DNA from: Patescibacteria group bacterium
GTDB taxonomy: Bacteria > Patescibacteriota > Patescibacteriia > PEXW01
Direction: 5' to 3'
NCBI GenBank assembly: GCA_041671325.1
Contig: JBAZBR010000003.1
Coordinates: 132,506 to 196,505 of the forward strand
Length of the DNA stretch: 64,000 nucleotides
Shown here: piece after piece, positions 25,983 through 33,598 of the stretch
Numbering within the stretch: position 1 is the stretch's first letter
How the letters are laid out: every line of letters begins with the position of its first letter
The notes under the pieces: generated by a model
The model's database searches: none
Told to the model about the DNA's origin: nothing
Seen by the model: only the letters and a program-made list of their open reading frames with translations
Program-made: the position numbers and the translations under genes

Positions 25983-26007
25983 TAAGACAAGAAGAAAGGA
26001 AGTAAAA

Positions 26008-26793
26008 ATGGGCATTGGGGAATTTATGTTTGAGGGGCTAGAGTGGTTGGGCCATGACGAAGATGGCCCGGACCCTGTGGCGAGTATCGAGTGCCACGAT
26101 CTTGCAAAGCCGGGAGGGTTTTGTGGGATCAAGGTGGAGAGAACCCATGATGGAAGCGTATACAATGTATTTTCATACGGGTTCAGGGATCATTATGATC
26201 CCGAGAAAGCAGCTCAAATAAATGAACTGATTGGCGGGGATCGGATTATTTTGTTCCGTCCCCAATGGACTCTTAACAACGCCTTCACGGAAACGTGCAA
26301 GGAATTGTTAAGGAAAGTCAGGGTCGGCTGGAAATGGCATCCAGTCGAAATCATCCTATCTCTCCGGGAGCTTGCGCTAGCTCCCATGTCTAGTTCCGAG
26401 GGAAACCAGCTTTCCTGGAAAAGATGTTTCCCGGTTTCCACCTATTTTAAAAAGAGGTGGGATAAAGTTGACGAGTTATGGGCAGTGTTGGAAGGAAACA
26501 CCCAACTCGTCGAGATATGGATCAAGGCGATCCAAGAAAGCGTCATCTTGATTGGGGGATTGGAAAAGTATAGCTGGGTGGACGCCAACACCCGTCTTGA
26601 ATGGGTCGGGTTTCGGGAAGGGAAGAATGGAGCAATCCTGGGTCGAACTGACGATGGGAAAATTTCCTTCCCGGAAAGGAGAGGAATTATTCCCAAGGAT
26701 GGCGACAGGTGGCTGGTTGCAATCGTTGGCACCAATCTGAAAGGAAGCGTGAACTTCCTGCGGTTGGTGTCTAATAAGGAAATAAGTTGGTAA
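26008..26793 (+). CDS. hypothetical protein (261 aa), island ORF4
   Basis: RBS AAAGGAAG, 6 nt before the ATG. Confidence 0.55.
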   Translation: MGIGEFMFEGLEWLGHDEDGPDPVASIECHDLAKPGGFCGIKVERTHDGSVYNVFSYGFRDHYDPEKAAQINELIGGDRIILFRPQWTLNNAFTETCKELLRKVRVGWKWHPVEIILSLRELALAPMSSSEGNQLSWKRCFPVSTYFKKRWDKVDELWAVLEGNTQLVEIWIKAIQESVILIGGLEKYSWVDANTRLEWVGFREGKNGAILGRTDDGKISFPERRGIIPKDGDRWLVAIVGTNLKGSVNFLRLVSNKEISW

Positions 26794-26801
26794 TTTTTTC
26801 C

Positions 26802-26929
26802 GGGCCACGTGAGGAGGGCCCATTGTCCGGCGCAAGCTGGATAAAAAGTCTTGGTTTGTCTGCACGGGCATACCTTGATCTCCTCTCTCTTTTCTACCTC
26901 ATAGCAATTTGTGTGAGGTGGAAGTGGAG
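26802..26929 (+). repeat. Direct repeat DR1 (~127 bp), beginning GGGCCACGTGAGGAGGGCCC right after the ORF4 stop
   Basis: About 88% identical to 27689-27815, which lies after the ORF5 stop. Confidence 0.8.
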
Positions 26930-26935
26930 AAAGAA

Positions 26936-27025
26936 AACCGCCCGCGCCATTACGGTTCGGGTAAAAGATACAAAAACAAACAAAGTCCCATCCCGCATCA
27001 GGCGAGGGTGGGTGAGGAGGAAGAA
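26936..27025 (+). promoter_or_regulatory. Island module (c): AACCG-CCCGCGCCATTA-CGGTT + CGGGTAAAAGATACAAAAAC ... AAAGTCCCATCC-hairpin-GGGTGGG + TGAGGAGGA
   Basis: Same architecture as modules (a) and (b). Confidence 0.55.
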
Positions 27026-27685
27026 ATGAGAACCGAAAAAGGTTGGCCGTCGCAGGCCGACAGCGGCTCAGAAAAGGGCTGCTTAGTTTTTAAGGAAGGG
27101 GGCGAAACGACGACAACTTACTTCGATAGCTTCGAAGAGGCGGTCGCTGTTTTCCTGGGTCTCTACAACGAGTACCCAGGAATTATTTGGCGGGGGGATT
27201 GTTGGAAACCTGATCTTAACCACCGCTGCAGCGTGCCCCACAAGCCGTGGGGCAGCAACGGCGGTAGGTGGTACAATCCCGAGTATGGCCGAGAAGTAAT
27301 CCTTTATTACAAGGACGGCCGCCGTGAGGGATGGCAGAGTCCGTGTTGCGACAAGACCGGCCGTTTCTATCGCGGCGCGTTTGTACGTCAGACCATGCCG
27401 CATATCGTACCAGGATATGGGTACATGCAGCGACGCAAACCACGCCGTGACGACCTTCTCCCTGCTGGGACGGCACGGAGTGATTGGGCATACAATAACC
27501 CGGATCCCGTGAACATTGGCGGGGTGATCGTGGATCAGCGGGAGATCAACCGCATCCGGAAATTGACCGAAGCGCTCCCAACCCACATCACCACGTGGGA
27601 CGCTTCGGGGAGCTACCTTTATTTGGAGGAAATTGTTTGGGGTGATGAACCCCAGCTAATGTTTGAGAAGGCGGTTAGACAGTAA
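27026..27685 (+). CDS. hypothetical protein (219 aa), island ORF5
   Basis: Start at the ATG after the module's GGAGGA. W/Y/R/G-rich with several Cys. Confidence 0.55.
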   Translation: MRTEKGWPSQADSGSEKGCLVFKEGGETTTTYFDSFEEAVAVFLGLYNEYPGIIWRGDCWKPDLNHRCSVPHKPWGSNGGRWYNPEYGREVILYYKDGRREGWQSPCCDKTGRFYRGAFVRQTMPHIVPGYGYMQRRKPRRDDLLPAGTARSDWAYNNPDPVNIGGVIVDQREINRIRKLTEALPTHITTWDASGSYLYLEEIVWGDEPQLMFEKAVRQ

Positions 27686-27688
27686 TTC

Positions 27689-27815
27689 GGGCCATGTGAG
27701 GAGGGCCCATTGTCCAGCGCACGCTGGATGAAAAGTCTTGGATTGTTTGCACAAACATACCTAGACCTCCTCTCTCTTTTCTACCTCATAGCATTTGTGT
27801 GAGGTGGAAGTGGAG
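27689..27815 (+). repeat. Direct repeat DR2 (~127 bp), second copy
   Basis: See DR1. Substitutions are mixed transitions and transversions. Confidence 0.8.
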
Positions 27816-27883
27816 ATTGTTCCATACACCGGACGACGCGGTAAACCGGTCGAGCCATTAATCAGCCTAAAGGAGGTGAAAAA

Positions 27884-28309
27884 ATGGCAAAGTACGTTAT
27901 CGCCCAAGAGGGCGATCGCGTGGGAGAGGTGAAATCCACTCTACGGGCTGAAATTAATCTCGGCCTGAAGAAGGGGTATGCCGGTTTCCTCCAGGAGAAA
28001 GAGGAAGTAATCTCTTTCTTGAAGGAGGAGTATCGGCAGGCCTTGGCCGCCGGTCTGAACTTTATCCCGGTCGGGATACAGCAGACCGACTTAGTGTACG
28101 CATACCCAGTCGAGGGTGGCGTGCACGCCGAGGCTGAACCGTCGTTGACGCTTTTCGCCGACAGGAATCCGTTGTACTCAACGGAGTCGGAAGAAGAGTG
28201 GCAGGCGATGGTGGAAGATCTCGCCTCCAAGCTGGCCGAAAAGTTCGACCAGTTCCGGGTGTACGTTACGTACATTCGCGTGGAGGTGAAGATTTTCCAG
28301 AAGGCCTAA
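27884..28309 (+). CDS. hypothetical protein (141 aa), island ORF6
   Basis: RBS AAAGGAGGTG. Confidence 0.6.
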   Translation: MAKYVIAQEGDRVGEVKSTLRAEINLGLKKGYAGFLQEKEEVISFLKEEYRQALAAGLNFIPVGIQQTDLVYAYPVEGGVHAEAEPSLTLFADRNPLYSTESEEEWQAMVEDLASKLAEKFDQFRVYVTYIRVEVKIFQKA

Positions 28310-28472
28310 GGCCTTCTATGTCTCCCACAAAACCCCGGCACCGAGGGTTCATATCGGGCGGCTGTAGCATAAGACAGCCTGAATTGGAGGCTCGAAAAAA
28401 GCAATAGTTCGGATGGCCGAATATTGATAATTCGAGTTGAGCCAATATCTTACAAAGTTTTTGGGAAACGGT

Positions 28473-28508
28473 TGCGCGCACTATTGCATCCGTTTCCCTC
28501 TCTTTTTC
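28473..28508 (+). terminator. Terminator GGGAAACGG-loop-CCGTTTCCC + TCTCTTTTTC
   Basis: Perfect 9-bp stem. Same TTTCC(T)C-TCTC ending as the 24179 terminator. Confidence 0.65.
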
Positions 28509-28546
28509 AGCTCTTAAATCGAGGGTTGAAAGTGGAGAAAAAATAG

Positions 28547-28600
28547 TCCAAACCACTACGGTTTGGGCAAAAATAAAAAAAGTTATTCCAGGAGGAAAAG
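28547..28600 (+). promoter_or_regulatory. Island module (e): CCAAACC-actac-GGTTTGG + GCAAAAATAAAAAAAG + GGAGGA
   Basis: The palindrome covaries with module (a): GAACC/GGTTC here becomes AAACC/GGTTT. Confidence 0.55.
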
Positions 28601-29437
28601 ATGGATAGATCACAAAAGTTTTGGACGGGTAACTCAGTCAACCCGGTGGCGGAGCATTATCGTCGGGTGATTGAAGACAATCGGCAGAAAGAGGCCGAGT
28701 TGGTGGCTCATGAAGCAGTTCTTGCGGCGCATGGCCCCGAGTTTGCCGCTAAACAAGGACTTCGGTTCCTTGGAACTCGACGGCGTTATCCGGAGGGGAC
28801 GAGGATCGAGAAAGATCCCAGGCTCTCATGGATGACTCCGCCAAAGAGTGTCATCGAACTGGGGTTTGAGGTCGCTCCAGCCGGCACCGCTGGCTGGAGG
28901 GTGCGTGGAAAGCTTGCCCCATGGGTTCAACTGTCGGGCAAGCAATCTTCCGGCTGGATCATCTGGCTGGAAGAAAAGGATATCGCTCGTTTGAGTGAGA
29001 TTTGGAGGAAACCCGATATCCCTCCGGTTGAGGAGCGCTCAGTTCCGCAACCAAACGGAACTCTAACAAATTTTGGAGGGGTATTTCGGGAATGTGGCTA
29101 TTCGAATAATAAAGAATATTTTGTCATAGCCACAGACGGAATCCTCCGGAACCCGGATATAACCACCAAGGATGAGAAGCTGTGGAAGGTGGTAGCGGGT
29201 ACTGACCTGGCGCTCTATCACGCCAAGTCATTTCAGCATGCCGAACATGTTTTTGAAGTTCGGCATTTGCCGGTCGGCGGTTTGACCGAGGCCCAAAAGG
29301 AGACGGTAAACCGTCTGCAAGAGGTGATCGCCGAAAAATGGGAAGGGCGGGTAACTGGAAACCACAATCTAAGCCCTTCCATGGGCGATGGCTGGGGACT
29401 AACGGTCCCGACCTATCGCCGTATTGGAAACCTATAA
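28601..29437 (+). CDS. hypothetical protein (278 aa), island ORF7
   Basis: RBS CAGGAGGAAAAG. No known motif. Confidence 0.6.
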   Translation: MDRSQKFWTGNSVNPVAEHYRRVIEDNRQKEAELVAHEAVLAAHGPEFAAKQGLRFLGTRRRYPEGTRIEKDPRLSWMTPPKSVIELGFEVAPAGTAGWRVRGKLAPWVQLSGKQSSGWIIWLEEKDIARLSEIWRKPDIPPVEERSVPQPNGTLTNFGGVFRECGYSNNKEYFVIATDGILRNPDITTKDEKLWKVVAGTDLALYHAKSFQHAEHVFEVRHLPVGGLTEAQKETVNRLQEVIAEKWEGRVTGNHNLSPSMGDGWGLTVPTYRRIGNL

Positions 29438-29460
29438 ATTGTTCAATTAAGAGGAGCTCT

Positions 29461-29491
29461 GCATGCACAATGCATCTCCTCTCTCTTATCC
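29461..29491 (+). terminator. Hairpin GAGGAG-ctctgcatgcacaatgcat-CTCCTC + TCTCTTATCC
   Basis: Same terminator + TCTCTT architecture as the other island intergenic regions. Confidence 0.5.
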
Positions 29492-29537
29492 AGTTCTTGA
29501 TTCCATCGAGGATTGAAAAAGAGTTTATCTCCCGAAG

Positions 29538-29620
29538 CCGGGTCAGGTGTTACGTGTTTTTGTTTATTCAGAAATACGCAACACGTTTTCTCTCCACTGA
29601 CCCGACTTGGAGAGAGAAAT
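29538..29620 (+). ncRNA. Structured RNA element copy 2 (orphan, at the island's right edge): CCGGGTCAG [inner GTGTTACGT/ACGCAACAC] CTGACCCG + ACTTGGAGAGAGAAAT
   Basis: See copy 1. Followed by the terminator at 29637; it is not followed by an island gene. Confidence 0.45.
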
Positions 29621-29636
29621 TAATTACTATTAAGTC

Positions 29637-29662
29637 TAAAAACGACCGTTTGAAATCAGATG
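29637..29662 (+). terminator. Rho-independent terminator AAAAACGACC-gtttgaaatcagat-GGTCGTTTTTT
   Basis: Perfect stem plus a T tract; marks the right edge of the GC-rich island. Confidence 0.65.
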
Positions 29663-29747
29663 GTCGTTTTTTATTTGACTTATTTTTGGAATGTAATTAG
29701 GATAATACAAAACAAAAGAAAATCGTGAAACAGAGGAGGTTTGAAAA

Positions 29748-30014
29748 ATGTTTGTTGCCATCTTTATCTTTTTAGGCGCCTTGGGATTTTTAGCTTCATT
29801 TGTTACGACAAATCGAAAAAAGAGAATTGGATTTCTTGTCGCGGGAATGATTTTCTGGGTTTTAAGCGTAGTGTTTGGTTGGCTGCAATATCAGTACGAA
29901 AAGAAACAACCCCAGCGTCATTTTATCGGGGAATATCAGCAAAATGTCGAGCAACATTCCTTTGCTTGGCTAAACTTCGATGGCGTTGAAACCGAACCGA
30001 TGAACAACGCTTGA
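29748..30014 (+). CDS. small membrane protein (88 aa, 2 TM helices)
   Basis: RBS AGAGGAGG. TM segments FVAIFIFLGALGFLASFV and GFLVAGMIFWVLSVVFGWL. Confidence 0.5.
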   Translation: MFVAIFIFLGALGFLASFVTTNRKKRIGFLVAGMIFWVLSVVFGWLQYQYEKKQPQRHFIGEYQQNVEQHSFAWLNFDGVETEPMNNA

Positions 30015-30266
30015 TTCGCCAAATCCTTTCAAAGATATTTTTAAAAAGAGCGGGCTTAACCACCTACTCTTTTTTATTTGACTAAATAAAGCTTAAGGCG
30101 TAGATTAATTTAAAACAAAATGAAATAGAGCAAAGCTTGAAAATAACAGCTATTTTAATTGTTTCACATTTAGGGCTGAAGAGTTTGAAGTCTAAATTGC
30201 TTAGCAAATTCCGAGAGGTAAAAAACCAAGCCGAGAGGCTATACCAGAGATGGAAAGGAGATCTAA

Positions 30267-30677
30267 ATGGAAATAACACGTATTGATTGCGAACGCTTCT
30301 TTAGTGGTTCACAAGAGATCGACCGTAAAAGATTGATTATTGCCTTAGTTCTTTCAACGGTTGAACATATGGCGTGGACTATCAAGAGAAAAAGCCATGG
30401 ATGGAAGAGTGGCCAAAGGATTCTTAGCATTGCGTTTGGCGAGTTAGAATTCGTTTGGGAAGCTGATGATAATTCTGTGTGTGGTCGATTTTACCACAAA
30501 AGACAATATACTAGGTGGTGGGGGTATTCAGGTGAGGTAATTCCGGCTAGTTTAGTCTCGACTATTTACGAGCACCTATCAGAAATAGTTGAAAAAACGG
30601 CAGAGGCATTCCCACGGCTTGGCATCATTGAGCACTTTCAGTTTTTTATGAACCAAGCACCAGCCAAGTCAGTTTAA
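30267..30677 (+). CDS. hypothetical protein (136 aa)
   Basis: RBS AAAGGAGA, 6 nt before the ATG. Confidence 0.5.
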   Translation: MEITRIDCERFFSGSQEIDRKRLIIALVLSTVEHMAWTIKRKSHGWKSGQRILSIAFGELEFVWEADDNSVCGRFYHKRQYTRWWGYSGEVIPASLVSTIYEHLSEIVEKTAEAFPRLGIIEHFQFFMNQAPAKSV

Positions 30678-30748
30678 AATTATATAGTATTTTTTTGAAA
30701 AATCCCGTTCTTACTATGAGAATGGGATTTTGTTATATCTTTTTGTGA

Positions 30749-30803
30749 ATCTCACCCGGTTCCGCCTTGGCGGAGCCGCCCCCTCCTATACAGGAGAGGG
30801 GGT
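30749..30803. repeat. REP-like element E1: CTCACCC + GC-rich hairpin TCCGCC-tt-GGCGGA + CCCCTCC-tataca-GGAGAGGGGG
   Basis: Family members lie at 31825, 32222, 47041 and 47111, in both orientations. Confidence 0.6.
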
Positions 30804-30804
30804 A

Positions 30805-31797
30805 TTACAATGCAAGTTTTATTAATTTAGTAATTAATTCTTTGTAAGGAATACCAGAAATTTCCCAGAGTTTTGGGTAAAGAGAAATTGGCGTAAAACC
30901 AGGCAAGGTGTTAATTTCATTCAAATAGACTTTTAAATTTCTATCTAATAAAAAATCAACCCTGGCTAAGCCGCGACAGCCAGCTATTTTATATGCCGTT
31001 AGAGCAATAATTTGGATCTCCTTAATTTTTGCTAAAGGCAATTTCGCGGGTAATTCAAAAGATGCATGGTTATCCAAATACTTATCGTTATAATTATAAA
31101 AATCGTTATGCGGAATGACCCGACCTGGCAAGGTAACTTTATAATTTTTTTCAGAATTTCCCAAGACTGAAATTTCGATTTCTTTACAATTCTTGATGGT
31201 TTCTTCGATGACAATTTTATTATCAAACTTTTTGGCCTTATTGATAGCTTTTAATAGCAATCTGTTTGATGCAACTTTGGAAATTCCGACTGAAGAGCCA
31301 GTTCTAGCTGGTTTAACAAAAAGCGGATATTTTAATCTATTAATCTGAGATAGGTTTTTTGATGTTATGTCATTTAAGATAACGAATTTTGGTTTGGGTA
31401 ATCCAGAAGTTGACATTAACTGATTAAATATTCCTTTATCAAGACAAATTGTGGAACTTGGTACATCAGCGCCAACATAAGTGACGCCTAGGGTTTCAAA
31501 AAAGCCCTGGATTGTTCCATCCTCCCCGCCTTTGCCGTGTAAAACCGGAAAAGCCACATCAATCATGGCGGGAATTTTATTCAAATCAGCATTTTTCAAT
31601 TTTGAAAATTGTTTTTTTAAAACTGAATCTAAGGCATTATTGGCCTGCCAGATAATTCCCTTTTTATCAATCCAAAATTCCTGGACTTGGAATTTGGTCC
31701 GATCAATATTCTTAATTATCCCTTGAGCTGACCATAAAGAAACCTGGTGTTCGGGAGATATACTGCCAAAGAAAATGCCAACTTTTATTTTTTTCAT
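30805..31797 (-). CDS. ddl: D-alanine--D-alanine ligase
   Basis: N-terminal VGIFFGSISPEHQVSLWS; an ATP-grasp region with the Ddl-typical EETIKNCKEIEISVLGNSEKNYKVTLPG and C-terminal ...GLARVDFLLD. Confidence 0.85.
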   Translation of the reverse strand: MKKIKVGIFFGSISPEHQVSLWSAQGIIKNIDRTKFQVQEFWIDKKGIIWQANNALDSVLKKQFSKLKNADLNKIPAMIDVAFPVLHGKGGEDGTIQGFFETLGVTYVGADVPSSTICLDKGIFNQLMSTSGLPKPKFVILNDITSKNLSQINRLKYPLFVKPARTGSSVGISKVASNRLLLKAINKAKKFDNKIVIEETIKNCKEIEISVLGNSEKNYKVTLPGRVIPHNDFYNYNDKYLDNHASFELPAKLPLAKIKEIQIIALTAYKIAGCRGLARVDFLLDRNLKVYLNEINTLPGFTPISLYPKLWEISGIPYKELITKLIKLAL

Positions 31798-31824
31798 AGC
31801 AGAAAAGATACTTATAAATTGTTA

Positions 31825-31885
31825 ACCCCCTCTCCCTCTGGGAGAGGGTACGCGAAGCGGGGGTGAGGGTTACTCGGAAATTAAT
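31825..31885. repeat. REP-like element E2 (inverted orientation): CCCTCTCC-ctctgg-GAGAGGG + GC segment + GGGTGAGGGTTACTCGGAAATTAAT
   Basis: Reverse-complement architecture of E1. The tail matches E4. Confidence 0.6.
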
Positions 31886-32214
31886 CGACTAATAATTTCC
31901 AAGATATCCTCAGGATTTTTCTGGAGGTCATTGGTCCAGACTCGGACTACTTTATAACCGCATTCCTTGAGATAGGCATCTCTTTGCTTATCCTTGGTTA
32001 TTTGAACTGGATCTGCATGCCCACTGCCATCTAATTCAATGACTAACCGTTTTTCCCGGCAACAAAAATCAGCGATGTACCTACCAACTGGGAATTGTCG
32101 ATGAAACTTTAAGCCAAGAAAGTTTCTATTACGTAAATAAAACCACAATTTCAATTCATGGGGATTTTGCGTCTTTCTAAGCTTGCGAGCTAAAGGTGTT
32201 AATTCTTGTTTCAT
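31870..32214 (-). CDS. DUF559 / very-short-patch-repair-like endonuclease domain protein
   Basis: ARKLRKTQNPHELKLWFYLRNRNFLGLKFHRQFPVGRYIADFCCREKRLVIELDGSGH is the characteristic DUF559 sequence. Confidence 0.75.
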   Translation of the reverse strand: MKQELTPLARKLRKTQNPHELKLWFYLRNRNFLGLKFHRQFPVGRYIADFCCREKRLVIELDGSGHADPVQITKDKQRDAYLKECGYKVVRVWTNDLQKNPEDILEIISRLISE

Positions 32215-32221
32215 GCTTGAT

Positions 32222-32338
32222 CAACCTCACCCGGCCTTCCTGCCCGTCACCCGCCCGACAGCTTCGCTTCCGAAGCGGGCGGGTCGCTACGCTCAGGCGT
32301 TGCAGACGGGTGGCCACCCTCTCCTACGAGGAGAGGGG
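32222..32338. repeat. REP-like element E3 (long form): AACCTCACCC + CCCGCCCG-acagcttcgcttccgaag-CGGGCGGG + ... CCCTCTCC-tacgag-GAGAGGGG
   Basis: Same termini as E1 and E5, with an expanded internal perfect hairpin. Confidence 0.6.
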
Positions 32339-32343
32339 ATAAA

Positions 32344-32883
32344 TTATTTTATATGTTTTAATCCTTGCACCAAAATCGTGACTTTTCTTTCCCGATCATG
32401 GTCGAGTTCCACCAGCATAATTTGTTGCCAATGGCCTTTGACTAATTTGCCATCTTCGATAATTAAAGTTACCGAGCAATGCAAAAGCATGGCTTGGGCA
32501 TGGGCATGGCCATTAATGCATTCATGGACGATACCGCAGGAATCTGGGGTGCAAAGATGCGTATCTCTTTTGCCACCTGGATTCCGGACATCCCTGACGT
32601 CATTATGTTTGTAATCAGCATCTGGGTGCGCAAAGTTATCCAAGACTTTGGAAAGGTCGTGGATATAGCCCAGTTTTTCCCTGGGGCCGATCAAATTTTT
32701 TTCGTCTTCGTTCACCCAAATGCTGGCAGTGGTGTGGTGGGATTGGATGGTTACTGTTCCGGTAATCACCCCAGTTTTTTTGATGAAAGCCTCAACTTCC
32801 TTGGTTAGGTTCAAAAATTCCTGACGATGGTGGGTCTTGAGGCTTAAATGCTTGGTTTGGGCAAAGGCTGATAATTTTTCCAT
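32344..32883 (-). CDS. YjbQ/UPF0047 family protein (secondary thiamine-phosphate synthase-like), with an internal insertion
   Basis: HHTTASIWVNEDE and ...KHNDVRDV...GHAHAQAMLLHCSVTLIIEDGKLVKGHWQQIMLVELD match YjbQ family signatures. Confidence 0.6.
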   Translation of the reverse strand: MEKLSAFAQTKHLSLKTHHRQEFLNLTKEVEAFIKKTGVITGTVTIQSHHTTASIWVNEDEKNLIGPREKLGYIHDLSKVLDNFAHPDADYKHNDVRDVRNPGGKRDTHLCTPDSCGIVHECINGHAHAQAMLLHCSVTLIIEDGKLVKGHWQQIMLVELDHDRERKVTILVQGLKHIK

Positions 32884-33002
32884 AAAATTTAGCTGGCACG
32901 ATGCTTGTATTTACGTGAGATAGATAATACCAAATTGTTATGATTCCGCAAGTTTTATTGATAAACAAACCAGGAACTTGCGTTATTATAAAAAATAAAA
33001 GG

Positions 33003-33114
33003 GTCAACCCCGCACCACTTTCCAAAATAAATCTGAGAATAGTTGTAGAAATTTCTTGCGATAAATATCCATGTTTTTAATAAATATTTTTATGGAAAGT
33101 GGTGCGGGGTTGAC
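33003..33114. promoter_or_regulatory. Perfect 21-bp inverted repeat pair (GTCAACCCCGCACCACTTTCC / GGAAAGTGGTGCGGGGTTGAC) enclosing a 70-bp AT-rich segment, upstream of the surface-protein locus; candidate invertible promoter or operator
   Basis: Arms at 33003-33023 and 33094-33114 are exact reverse complements. Confidence 0.5.
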
Positions 33115-33179
33115 AATTACTGACAATTTGTTAACTTGTATTATTAAAACAAAGAACCAAAAACAGCAAAGGAGATAGT

Positions 33180-33410
33180 ATGCCAATAATGGACTTAGCA
33201 GCAAGGGAAGCGCCTCTTAAGGCAGAGCTCAATTCAAGGTTTGCCAGAGACAAATATGGAACCAAAGTCGGCGACCTTCTTTGTCCGGGTGGCCACCAAA
33301 ACTTGGTTTTTAGCCATACTAATGGCGAGCAGGGGCATAAGCCAGTTATATTCCTATCCGTAAGATGCGATGAATGCGGATGGGTACACGAGAAGAAAAT
33401 ATGTGAGTAA
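33180..33410 (+). CDS. small zinc-ribbon-like protein (76 aa)
   Basis: RBS AAAGGAGATAGT. Cys pairs CPGG...CDECGW. Confidence 0.45.
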   Translation: MPIMDLAAREAPLKAELNSRFARDKYGTKVGDLLCPGGHQNLVFSHTNGEQGHKPVIFLSVRCDECGWVHEKKICE

Positions 33411-33426
33411 AGCTATTTTTTTCAAA

Positions 33427-33460
33427 TAAGCGGGAACCGAAAACCCCGCTTATTTAATTT
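33427..33460 (+). terminator. Terminator AAGCGGG-aaccgaaaa-CCCCGCTT + ATTTAATTTT
   Basis: Stem-loop plus a T-rich tract. Confidence 0.55.
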
Positions 33461-33598
33461 TATAATAACTGGATTGAGCGATTGATAAAAATGCGGTTTT
33501 TTGGCATAATAAAGATAAGATTTTTGTGAAATAGTTTGGTTTTTTGGAAAAAGACCAAAGAGCGTTGTATATAGGATTTAGCATACAAAAATTAACAA

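Noticed and set aside
26802-27815. Diversity-generating retroelement (TR/VR) interpretation of the 127-bp direct repeats
   Set aside because: The repeats are intergenic, not in a gene 3' end. Mismatches are not adenine-specific. No reverse transcriptase is encoded nearby.
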